Assembly: GCA_036867785.1 (NCBI GenBank)
Contig: CP145426.1
Span: forward strand, 248,001-312,000
Direction of reading: 5' to 3'
Length of the DNA stretch: 64,000 nt
DNA from: Plasmodiophora brassicae
Lineage: Eukaryota
The translations under genes were made by a program, and so were the position numbers. This document shows positions 37,145 through 48,005 of this stretch, piece by piece. Every line of letters starts with the position of its first letter. Position 1 is the first letter of the stretch. The notes beneath the pieces were generated by a model. It made no database searches, was not told where the DNA came from, and saw only the letters and a program-made list of their open reading frames with translations.

Positions 37145-38463
37145 AATACAGTTCGACACGCTTTCGATTGTGGCAGGCCCACGGCCTGTTTGCATTCTTC
37201 CTAAGCGTTGTGTCCACTTTGTGCCGTACCACATTGGTCTGTGATGGCAGGGTCGGATCGGGCGGTGCCCTTGTGGTGTCCTGGTCTGTGTCCGACGACA
37301 TGTCCCGTGCCGGTACGTATACATACTGCACCCCGTCGTATCCAAACGGTGGACGATCTGCAACCGGCAGCAGTCCGGCCACCTGTGCGTCAAGACATGC
37401 ATCCAGTGCCACACGTTGCAATCCTGAACTGGACGGAATCTCTACCGTACCAGTCGTCCGTTCTACTACTTACGACGGCCTTGCCAGGCCGTCGACGTCG
37501 TAAGCGTTCGAGACCCATGGCCGCCAGCGCCGGATGTGCTAATACATTGATCACGCTCGGGGTCGACACAGCCGGTTGTCACGCCTGGGCACGATGGTTA
37601 ACGCCAGTAGGACAGGTCGTGTCGAACTCGTGTACGGAAAAGGGGTTCTTTCTGATTGCAGCGACGATGATTGTACTGCCTATATATATGTAGCGTATCT
37701 GTACTGCTCCGCTGACTCGACCGTCACGCCTGGCCCTGGCGCCGCCCGGCGCGAGTCACCCGACATCAAACCACCCAGCATAATGGTTGCGCCGTCTTGA
37801 GTACTTGGCAATCGCTACCCTCAGACCCAAGTCTTGTGGTTCACTTCAGGTGTCTTCGCCCTCGCGGCCTCGAGGACGTCGCCTCCAGGACCCTCAGCAG
37901 GGCCCCAGTGCTCTGCGCCGAGTACAAAGGTCCTCCATTCCTGCGGCGGACAGTAATCCAAGGGCGACGCCGGTGACATCCACAGGCCGACATTGCTGTC
38001 TGAAGTGCCTCCCTGGAAGAACCGGCTGGAGCTGACAAAGGACCCGTGAGCAGCGCGTTGAAGATCACGTCCTCCTTTACAACGGGGTTGATTGCGAGAT
38101 CGAGCCACCGTCAGTTGAAAACAAAGGTACCGTTGGAAAGGGCAGTTAAAATCAGAGGCAGCTGGCTAGTTTGCATTGGCATATCTGCCACCGTTCGTAT
38201 CGTATCGCGAAGAATGTAGCGCGAATTGTGATGGCGCGCGTGACGTGTACTCGTTTGGCGCTGAACCATTGGATCATAATTGCAATCGGACCCTGCCCCT
38301 GCACCATGCATCGACGAGCGCGCAGCTGACCATCCAAGGGCGTCGACCAGGTCCCCGTACGTATGCCTGCGAGCGGCACTCACCTTGTCCTGGAGGTCGT
38401 TCAGCAGGGCAACGGCGGCCAGCGCCAGTTGGCGCCGGTCGACATGCGCGCGTACGCCTGCCT

Positions 38464-38530
38464 GCCGCCATCCCTGCGCCGCAGGGATGGCGGCTGCCCG
38501 CAGGGCCTGCGGGCATATATATATATGCCC
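38464..38530. repeat. Three contiguous perfect hairpins/palindromes
   Basis: gccgccatccctgc-gcc-gcagggatggcggc; tgcccgcagg-g-cctgcgggca; gggcatatatatatatgccc. Confidence 0.9.
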
Positions 38531-38783
38531 ACAACCCATATATCGACTTCGTCGACAAGGGCGGAATTGCACCACAGATTCGCGTCTGGCGCCCTCAGGG
38601 TGGCACCACAGGTTGCATCCACATTAGGGTGGCCGTAGATGATCAGACACACGGGCTAGTACAATACAATACGGGCCTTGCTATGTAGCCGACGTACAAA
38701 GACCGTGGAACACGTGGGAGCTCGATGAACGTCTCCTGCAGGCTGGAAGCGTTGCGTGGCTTGAGGGTTCTACGGAGCTCATT

Positions 38784-39443
38784 ATTACCAGGGGGGATGT
38801 TGTAGGTGGCATGGCTGACGGCGCGTGGCGACGTCGACGCGCCGCCGCTGAACGCCACGCGCGAGCTGTACGTTACGACATTGCCCGGCGGCAGGCGGCC
38901 GCCCGAAAGGCGTCGTACAGGGATCGAGGAGCAGCGCGCGGCGCTTGACGTCGAGTTCCAGGAGTGCCGCGCGCTGCTCGACGCTGAGACGACGGAGCGC
39001 CGCGCAGCGCTTTCAGCCCAAGAAACCGATGTGATTCTTGAGGACACCGACGTGATCATCAATGGACTTCGTCAACAAATCTCCGCTGTGGACGTCCAGC
39101 TTAGGGGTTCGAACCCCATCGGTCAGCTGGACGTCCACAACGGGGAGTACTTCTTGACGAAGAGCGTTGGTGACCATGTCGGTGTCCTCGAGGGCCACAT
39201 CGATTTCTTGGACTGAAAGCGCTGCGCGACGCTCCGTCATCTCAGCGTTGAGCAGCGCGCGGCGCTTCTGGAGCTCAACGTCAAGCGCCGCGCGCTGCTC
39301 CTCGATCTCTGTACAACGCCTTTCGGGCGGCCGTCTGCCGCCGGGCAATGTCGTAACGTACAGCTCGCGCGTAGCGTTCAGCGGGAGCGCATCGACGTCG
39401 CCACGCGCCGTCAGCCATGCCACCTACAACATCCCCCCGGTAA
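38784..39443. repeat. Fold-back inverted repeat (arms about 38784-39101 and 39125-39443) of an unknown coiled-coil ORF fragment
   Basis: Near-identical ORFs 38806+ and 39423- (AWLTARGDVDA...EEQRAALDVE). Confidence 0.9.
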
Positions 39444-40432
39444 CAATGGACTGCATGGAACCCTCGTCAACGGGCTCTTCCAGCCGGCCGGCCCGGTTGC
39501 CCCGCCTCTGGCGAATGGCGGAAATGTATGCGGCCACCATGTCGCCGACGTATAGAGTCAGGTTCTCATCCCATCGCTGATATATAGATAATTAAGAGTC
39601 GTACATCTTGTTCTTGGGCAGGCTGATTTGCAATGCACACGGCATATCAATGCGTTTGTCCAGAAATTGAATCATGAGCGATTCTCCTCTGATCATTTGA
39701 CACCCAACAGCTCCATTCTTAGGCAGTTGCTTGATCTATAACTGAGCGACTTGGGCATGTCGCCGGCTCCTCGTCGTCAAATCGTATTGCGGATCGGAGG
39801 TCCAACGTAGATCTGGAGTATTGGATCGCGTTTCTGGAGAACGCGTTCGATGACAAAGCAACGATTGTTTGCGAGGCGCACAAGAAGCTGCTGGTCAATA
39901 GGAATATCACCTGAACATATGAGTCCACCGGAAGCATCATTCAGGTTGCGATTTCTCTTGATCAACAGCCCCTCGTGCGTCTTGTACACGATCTTTGCTT
40001 TGTCATCGAACCGACACGCGAACCCGGCGACATGGCCAAGTCGCTACGTTGGATCAAGCAGCAAAGGGAGCTGGAGACTTTCAAACCAGATGCCAATCTG
40101 ATCTGGGGAATGGCATTGATACGCCGGACCAATCGCAAATCAGCCTGACCAAGAACAAGTTGTACGACTGATAATCTAACAGCCTTTCGGCAGTTCACTC
40201 ACGACACACACAAATAGCAGAATGAGCTTATAAATTGCATGGAGCGCCTACATACGGTAGGTAGGTGGGTGCGCGCCTGGGACCTTCCAGGAACATTCCG
40301 AGCGTCACTGGAGTCATGGCATGAGAACCTGAGAATCCGCTCTAGAAGCCCAAGTCACGTCCAGTGGTGGACGACGCCTCGCAGGCTGGGGCAGGGACGT
40401 CGTCAGAAGTCGATGGCGTTGTCGAGGGGACG

Positions 40433-41743
40433 TCAGAAGTCGATGAAGTTGTCGAGGAAGATGTCCGGGTTGGTAAAGCACGTGTGCGTGTAGATGTCAT
40501 CAGGATGGAACCTGTTCCCGCATCGATAGCAGAAGTGGACGTGACAGACCGGGCAGGCCATGTGGAAGCACCCGTCCGTCTTCTCGATGCCCGTCCCGCA
40601 CCCGGGGCAGACCGACGCGTGGGTCAGGCACCAGTCGCGGGCGCTGTCGTCCGACTTCACCCAGGCGACGTACTCCCGAATCCACGGGCGCCTTCTCGCC
40701 AGCTCCTCGCGAACGCCGTCTGCCAGCGCGTCATACCACGAGATGAGCCGGCCAACCCGGCCCATGTCGCATTGCTGATGCTCGTCGCGTATGCGGCCGA
40801 GGCAGGTCTCGCACCAGGTCGCGCCGCATTCATCACAGTAGACGATCGCCCGGGCGTTCCGCCCGAACCGGACCATGGTCCGACTCGAGCAGGACCGCTT
40901 CGGGCAGCCCGCGAGACGCGGTTCCATCGGTAATTCCGTCATGGCCATGGCCGCTCTCCATTCCAGCACGTCTTTGCGCTCCTGCTGGCCCAGGAGGCGG
41001 TCCAGGCACCCGATGTCTTGCATGGGCGCACGACACTCGAGGACGGCGCAGCAGAACGACAACGGCGACGCGCCGCGCCCGTTCCGCCGGATGTCGTCGA
41101 GTTGCGATCGCAGCCAGGACCTGGAGCAGTCCCTGCAGTACAGGTGCAGGCAGGTGATCGACACCATGTCGAGCACCCGGGTCGCATACAGGCAGATCGG
41201 GCAGGACGCGACCTGCACGCTGAGCGCAGCGTGCCTCGCGAAGTCCCCCATGGCGCACGTGTCGAGGTTGCCGATGGCGTGGAGGCGCTCGACGTCGCTG
41301 ACGCCACGGCGCTGCATGTCGGAGGCGTCCAGGATCCGGCTCGGGACAAGGGCGGCGAGACGCGAGGCTGTTCCGGTGATGATCGGGAAGAACTGGACGG
41401 CGTCGCAGACGATCGCCTGACAGACCAGGGCGGAATTCGGCTCGTCCTCCAAGACCGACTGGGCGTGCTTGTTGATCCAGGCCAACCACTCCTCGTCAAT
41501 GCTTTCACTGGACACGGATACGTGGTGGGGAACGCCGTCCCGGAAGGTGAACGCGGCCGTCACCATGCCGATGGCGCCCTTGTCGGCCAGGATACGATAC
41601 GAGCACGACGATCGCGTGTCGTCGGCGACGACGAACACGACGCCGGGCGTGCTCAGGTCGAGGTCGATCGCGGTGCCGCCGTCCGATCGCGGCTCGCAAT
41701 CGAAGATCGACAACGTCGCCAGCCAGTCGTCCGTGTCGGCCAT
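40433..41743 (-). CDS. RBR (RING1-IBR-RING2) E3 ubiquitin ligase, RNF14-like, with possible N-terminal RWD-like domain
   Basis: CPICL...CLHLYCRDC; CPKRSC...CDECGATWCETC...H..C; CPGCGTGIEKTDGCFHMACPVCHVHFCYRC with the catalytic Cys. Intronless. Confidence 0.92.
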   Translation of the reverse strand: MADTDDWLATLSIFDCEPRSDGGTAIDLDLSTPGVVFVVADDTRSSCSYRILADKGAIGMVTAAFTFRDGVPHHVSVSSESIDEEWLAWINKHAQSVLEDEPNSALVCQAIVCDAVQFFPIITGTASRLAALVPSRILDASDMQRRGVSDVERLHAIGNLDTCAMGDFARHAALSVQVASCPICLYATRVLDMVSITCLHLYCRDCSRSWLRSQLDDIRRNGRGASPLSFCCAVLECRAPMQDIGCLDRLLGQQERKDVLEWRAAMAMTELPMEPRLAGCPKRSCSSRTMVRFGRNARAIVYCDECGATWCETCLGRIRDEHQQCDMGRVGRLISWYDALADGVREELARRRPWIREYVAWVKSDDSARDWCLTHASVCPGCGTGIEKTDGCFHMACPVCHVHFCYRCGNRFHPDDIYTHTCFTNPDIFLDNFIDF

Positions 41744-42217
41744 CGGTCCCTCTGTGCGTCGTTGCTATTGATAGTGCGGTCGCTGGATCGATTCCCTATT
41801 TTTATACAGGCACTATTTATAGATGCCCGGCCCGTCCGCGTCCGCCGTCGTTCCCTCTGTGTGACGCTGCATTGCGGAAATGCCATTTTTGGGGCCTCTG
41901 CCCGAATCACCATTCCAGGGTCGCATTCATCCCAGTCGTTGCAGGACCTGCCTGCCACCGTTCAATGTGGCCTGTTTCTCACCAACCAAGACGTCGTATT
42001 GAATTAAATGTGGGGACAGAACGGCGTTTCCCGATGGTTGGGCCCGTCGAGCTTGACAAGGCCATCCTTGGTCCATTTCAGCGGGACCAGGCGGCGGTTT
42101 CGTAACGGGCGGATACCGCTGGTGTTGTCCCGGCAGCGATGGCACGGCGAATTCGGCGGGAACAGCAGCCCCAAATTCGTTGCATCCATCGCGCGGATGG
42201 CCCTCTCCAGCGACTGC

Positions 42218-43423
42218 TTATCCATCGCGGCAATGCCCGAACGCCGCTTTGACCTTGCAGGCGTCACGGGTGTTGATACCGGGGACGCAGCAACGATCGA
42301 TCTTGGTGCACTGCGCCACACTCTTAGCACCGTGAATGTCGATCGGCGCAGCCAGCGACGTCAACGACCTGGCGTTACGTCTGGCCGCACGGCGCTCTTC
42401 GATCATTCTGGTCAGTGTTTCTCTGGCCTTGGACCGGTCGAGGATGCGCATGGCCGAGCGCGGCAGTGTGAACTGCAGCAGGGAACCCGCGTCACGCACC
42501 GACTTGTTCGTACCGTACACCTCATATACGTACGATGTCGGATGTCGTCTCCGCGATGGCCGTGTACTCGTGAACGCGCTCACCGTCATCATCAGCGACG
42601 AGCGCTTCGCCGCCGAGGATCTCGCCGACGCCCGTATAGCACACGAGGACCAGTGGGTGTCGTCGCCGATCCGCTGCACCACCACCATACGTTTGAGCCA
42701 TATGCAGCGAATCCCGGCGTACGTATTCACGTAACCTTCTTCGTTGCGAGTGTAAAGGCCGATGGATCCGCTGACGATGAACGACGTTTCGTCGGCGACG
42801 TTGCCCTGCCGGAAGATGACGTCGCGCGCGCGCAGCGTCTGAGATTTCAGGAGACGCGATAGGTCCCGGATGAACTCCTCGCTGGCGCCGACCGCGAAGT
42901 ACGGCAGCGACATGATCTGCTGCATGCGCTGCATGAGGTCGTTTTTCAGCTGTTTCTTAATGATCGACCGGCTCTGCTGGCCGTCGATCCTCATGAACCA
43001 GCTCGGCGCCGTTGCCAGGACGCTCGAGTTCCTGGCCATGTTCTCCATGACTCCCTGTTCGCCCACGATTTCCCCCGGCTTACTCAACGCCACAATGAAC
43101 TTGCCAAATCCCGCCACGTTAATGTTTCGCCCTTCCTCTTGGCGGTACACGGCGAACGCGCCCTTGATCAAAATCAAAAGGCTGTCGCTGGCGTCGCCCT
43201 GCTTGAAGATGAGCTGGTCGGCGTCGAATTTCGCCAAGCCCACACCGCGGCATAATCGGTTCAGGTTCTCCTTCGTGATCTGCTTGAAGATGTTCGCCCG
43301 GCAATTGCTGAGTATGAAGCTCCGTATGGCGTCGACGTCCTCCTGCGTGCGCTGGCCCCGTCCCGTCTGCAGGCTCTGCACCACGGTCTTCCCCCCAGTC
43401 GACGACGCGGACGTCGCTGCCAT
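42218..43423 (-). CDS. Protein with two cyclic nucleotide-binding domains
   Basis: IFKQGDASDSLLILIKG...GEIVGEQG..RNSSV and IFRQGNVADETSFIVSGSI. Introns are likely in the second domain and the 3' end is uncertain. Confidence 0.8.
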   Translation of the reverse strand: MAATSASSTGGKTVVQSLQTGRGQRTQEDVDAIRSFILSNCRANIFKQITKENLNRLCRGVGLAKFDADQLIFKQGDASDSLLILIKGAFAVYRQEEGRNINVAGFGKFIVALSKPGEIVGEQGVMENMARNSSVLATAPSWFMRIDGQQSRSIIKKQLKNDLMQRMQQIMSLPYFAVGASEEFIRDLSRLLKSQTLRARDVIFRQGNVADETSFIVSGSIGLYTRNEEGYVNTYAGIRCIWLKRMVVVQRIGDDTHWSSCAIRASARSSAAKRSSLMMTVSAFTSTRPSRRRHPTSYVYEVYGTNKSVRDAGSLLQFTLPRSAMRILDRSKARETLTRMIEERRAARRNARSLTSLAAPIDIHGAKSVAQCTKIDRCCVPGINTRDACKVKAAFGHCRDG

Positions 43424-43590
43424 GAAGCGTACGATCGGGATCAGTCCCGGTGGCAGAAAAATCGGGGTCGGTTCGACTGTCGTTGGATTCGTCGGTTCAT
43501 TGCAATACTGTAACTATCCTGATTGTTTGGTGGACACTGGGCGGCTCATGTTGCATTCGGCGATTGCACGTCAGCGGGGACCTTACACAG

Positions 43591-45290
43591 CTAGGTGTGA
43601 GGGGTAGGCGTCGTCGTGGGCTTCCTGGTCGCAAAGTCGTTGGTGATGGCCTGTGTCTTGGTTAACTTCGCGTGCCGGCCGCTGATGACCGCCTGGATCT
43701 TCGGAACGAACAGGATAGCGATGTTGGCGAAGAGGCCGACAATGACGGCCATGGACGCCATGATGAACTGTACGGTGACCTGCTCGGGGCTGAGGAATTC
43801 CAGCCCCGGAACGATGCTCAACGATATCAGTCCGGTCGTGTAGATCGCCAGACCAATTTGCTTCGAGTCGTTCAGTGCCGGGATGGTAACGTGCGACGTA
43901 CGGGCAGATAGGAACGCGCCCCAGATAATGATTATCCCCTGCGCCAGCGTTCATGATCGGTATCCATTGTCGCCCCCGGGTATCCATTCACTGTACCTTA
44001 ACGCCATAGATCGTCCCGAGAAACGTGTCGTAATGAACGGAATTGCACCGTGAGATGTACGGTTGCACAATGGAGTTGTCCGGGTCGAGGTCGTCAGGGA
44101 TTGAGGGCAGGTCGGTGACGAGGGTCGTGATGGGGTCAACAATGGCCCAGACGCAAATGATGACGACGTCGATGGCGATCAGGGCGCCCATATATGCGAA
44201 TAGGAGGCGGTTCTTGATCTTGACGACTTTAGCCTCAGCGCCAGTGTTGAAGATGGCCGCCACCCGGTACGTCTTGATGAACAACCCACCGAAGCACATC
44301 GAGAACGCGAACGACAGGAGTGCAACACGTACCAGGCAGTTCGTGCCGTTCGATACGCCCAGCACGATGATGTACACGAATCCGACAATGACACCGACGA
44401 GAATGACGTTGTTGAAGATGGGCGACGACATTTTGATAAAGGTCAGATCGCGATAGTGTACATTGAAGGCCAGAACAATGGCCGTGACCAGGATGCCAAA
44501 CGAAGCGAGGACAATGACGGTGGTCGACGCTGCGACGGACACCTGTCGAGGCACGCGTCGCACCGTTGGTACATCGACGGGTGTCGACGTGCGACCCGAT
44601 GTCCAGTGCACGGTGGACGTTAGTTCCACACCGGTGGGCCATACGTTGCCGACCTGGACCCAGGCCTTCGTGCCGTCCGCTCGCGTCACGTAATTCATCA
44701 GGTTGTAGGCGGCGACGCGCTCGCCGTTGGCGTCCAGCTCTATCTCACTGGTCGCGCCGAGCATTGTCGTCGAACGCAGGCTGGCCAGAACATTCGCCGA
44801 CGTCAGCGACTGGTGCAACTCGTTCAGGGCGCGGAACCCGAAGAGGACGTTGTCGTACACGAATGGCGACACCGGGATTGGCATCGCGTTCTTCCACGTT
44901 CTGTACAAACGAATGTCAAGGCCTGCTTGCAATTACCTACGCTAATGGTCAACGTGTTTGGCTGGGACGTGTACAGGCCCTGCCACTTGTTGTAGAAGCG
45001 TTTGTAGATGGGGTTGGACACGTTCGTATAGCCAAGGCAGCCGATGACGCCGTCGGGGACGACGGGGTCCATCGGGCTCTCCACCCAGATCTGGGACCCG
45101 ATCCAGACCCAATCCGGGCCGACCATACCCATGGCACGTGCCGCACGTGCGTTGACGGTGGGCGTTCGCATGGTATGCCAGTACCACGACGAAGGGGGCA
45201 GACAGTCCTTGTTGACCGGGTCGGCCAGCATGGCGGCGATGATGATTCGAATTCCGCTGGACAGAATGCGTTGCAACGATACAGTCCTCA
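43591..45290 (-). CDS. Class C (GABA-B-like) G-protein-coupled receptor, 5'-truncated or degenerate
   Basis: Venus-flytrap remnants (RIII, ARAMGMVGPDWVWI, YDNV, GATSEIELDANGER) and 7TM_3 motifs (IKMSSPIFNNVILVG, FGGLFIKTYRV, YGVK (intron) GIIIIWGAFL...IPALNDSKQIG). No signal peptide found and the frame is hard to reconcile near 44940. Confidence 0.8.
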
Positions 45291-45424
45291 CTGTTGGGCA
45301 GCGCCAGCGTGGCCCAACGGGGTCGCACAGACGTCTGAGCCAGCACCGATTCCACCGGCTCTTCGCATCACAATTCATTCTGTGATGGAGGTTGCCCAGT
45401 TAATTCCGCGACGTTGGTTTACGA

Positions 45425-46531
45425 TCACATGAATATTCGGGAAGGACGAGCGCCGCAAACGCAGAAGTACGTCGACCGGTACTCAGGGTAGTCGTCAAAG
45501 ATCGCCAGGACGTCTTCGCTCCAGGATTCCTGATCGCGAGCCCAGTCCTCCAGAATCTTCGCTGCATGCGCCTGAGATACCCCACGGAAATTGATTTGCT
45601 TCCCGAACAGGAGAACGTCAACACATCGTCCACGCTCAGGACGATCGCGTTGCGCGACTTGATTGACATGTCGTAGCCCGAATTCGGTGTCGTCGGGGGT
45701 TGAGATGTTGACATTTGCGGCACGCCAACGCGCCTCAACGTGTACCCGCTCGTGGGTGTACACTGCTAGATGTTCCAGAAGCGTTTTGGGGTTGGGATTT
45801 GGAGGAAGGACAGGACGCACCATGATAACATGACGATACCCAGCCCAGCCTTTGATTCCCATACCGCCCAGGCCTTCCGACCTGACGAACACTGCTTCTA
45901 GTTTGTAACGATGCGTGAGTCCAGGCTAGATCGTTGTTATTAGCAGCACTGACGTACTGGGTAGGAAATCGATGTCGTTCGCGTCACCGATGACATCAAC
46001 ATAGGCATTCTTCGACTTTTTCGACAAAAGATAGGTACGTTCCAATTCAGACGGTGCGTCTAGGTGGACATCACCTGGGCGCATTGGCATAAGCGCAGAC
46101 AGAGCTTCTTCCAGAGTGCTGTGGAGCTCTCTCGCGTCAGCGAAATTCGACTTCGGAAGGTGGACTAACAGGCTGCAGGCAGCCTCAACAAGTTCCTCGC
46201 ATTCATTACGACTGGATTGCAGGCGATCCCCGAAGTCAACCAGTTGTGATAGCAAACTCCTTAGCAGTGATACGCGATCACAGGGATTCGTTCGAATACG
46301 TCCAGTCGCGAGATAGAGGTTGCCCAGACAAGCCCCGAGGGCCTGGCGGACATCGACGGGCTGTGCACGTGAATCAACCGTCAGTTTCCCTGCCGTCTGA
46401 CAGCCCGCAACAAGGCCAGTGACGTCGACCAGGTCGTCCGCTGGGTCTGTTTGGCCCAGCAGGTCTCGCGTCAGCAGTAGCGGGTTGATATGCGCGCGTG
46501 CAGGCGGGCCCGTCATGAATGGGTGGTACAC
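45425..46531 (-). CDS. Uncharacterised coding region (two consecutive ORFs, possibly exons)
   Basis: ORFs 45926-46531 and 45425-45892 have protein-like composition; no family recognised. Confidence 0.3.
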
Positions 46532-47329
46532 TCGATGCGTGGCGGGGGCAGAACGGCGGTGCCAGTCAGGTCCCGGTCAGACACAGTCAGCACACAGACG
46601 CACTTTCTGTCCGCCAAGTGCTCACGGACACCAAGACTGCAGTGTGGCATGTGGCGCAGTTCTGCTCCGGGCAGTGTGGCCTGTGGCCTGGGCCCAGGGC
46701 CGGGCGGACTGCGCGTCACAGCAGGGTCGCCCCCTTGCTTGCCGAACGTCTACTTGCTTGGAGCCGTCCTGGTAACAGATGTGCCTACCTACAGTAGCTC
46801 GCCGAGGTTCTTGGTGATGCCTGGCGCGCAGTCCTCTGGCGGGCACCGGCCGGCAGGTCTCCCGTCTCAATCTGACATTTGCCCTGAACCAGAGCAGCCG
46901 CAGTGTCCGGAACGAGGAGCAGTGACTGTCGGCGGGCGTGACCCACATGTCGTGCTGACGTACATTATCCTGATCGTTGGCGTCAGTTACGGGATCCCCG
47001 TTGTGCTGCACCTCCGTGACAAAGACGGCAGGTCCGTTTGGCATGCAGGTCAACACCGAGCGTGCCATCGCCCACTCCGGTGTTCTGCGGAATACCGTCG
47101 AAGAGTTTGGAGAGCAGAATTCGTCTACAACCCCTTGCCCATGAAGGGCGTCGCTGAAAGAGCGCTGGCATTGTTGGCAGACTACATCGCGACAGTCGAT
47201 CATCGATGATCGATACCACACTGATTACCGTACCACCTGAAGTCACAGAGTGACAGTGTGGGTCGCTGGGTTCGCGTTAACCTACTGATCGAATGTGTAT
47301 GCTGGAAGCTGCACAGTACCTTGATATGC

Positions 47330-47760
47330 ATGCCCTCGTGCAGCACATCGCATCCATGGTGTACTCGTGGGACGAGAGTGTTCGGATGAGCCGCGAGACT
47401 CAGGTACTGCTCGTGGCGACAGTGTAACACATTGTGCAGGGAACTCCAGCCTACAACGGGCTTGCTGCGAGCAGCTGCTACGGGTCCCCTGTATCAAGGT
47501 CAACGCAGGCGCTGGAATTTCAAGGGGCACAGCTCTGCATCGCGCCATAGCCGAACGCCATCTGCAACCCCGTCGCGTCGACCGCATCGTGTCTTATGAC
47601 CACATCCTGCAGTTGCTCATTGCACACGGTGCTGATGTCAACGCGCTTGACAGTATGGGCATCGTCGCAGCGCGTAGTACTTATGTACGGTTGTGTGTCT
47701 TATCGAACTGCAGCCTGACTCGAACCGTGGCAAAAGTTTCTAAATCGCAAAGCTGTTAAT
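47330..47760 (+). pseudogene. Degenerate ankyrin-repeat gene
   Basis: EQLLRVPCIKVNAG...GTALHRAI...LLIAHGADVNALD; no intact reading frame. Confidence 0.6.
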
Positions 47761-48005
47761 CAGCATGGGTCGTAATTTCCACTGCCCCATGAATAGGTAA
47801 GCACCCTTGATCTGGTCTATGGTGACCTGTTGTCCGCGCCTGAGAGAATGTCGGGCTGGTGGCGATCACAGTCACGCTGCCACAAAAAAACTCCGCGCGA
47901 ATACTCGTCCGATCCTCCGGAAATAGCTGTAGCGCAGTTTCCCCACGAGGGGCGTCGCGCGAAATGTGTCGTGACCCGGGCAAGTTATACTGGTAATCGA
48001 CAACC

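Noticed and set aside
39590-40200. Possible decayed NTPase gene on the minus strand (FLDKRIDMP)
   Set aside because: One weak motif among many stops; insufficient evidence.
41018-42862. Long plus-strand ORFs (329 aa and 284 aa)
   Set aside because: Antisense to the RBR and cNMP genes in high-GC DNA; Arg-rich with no motifs.
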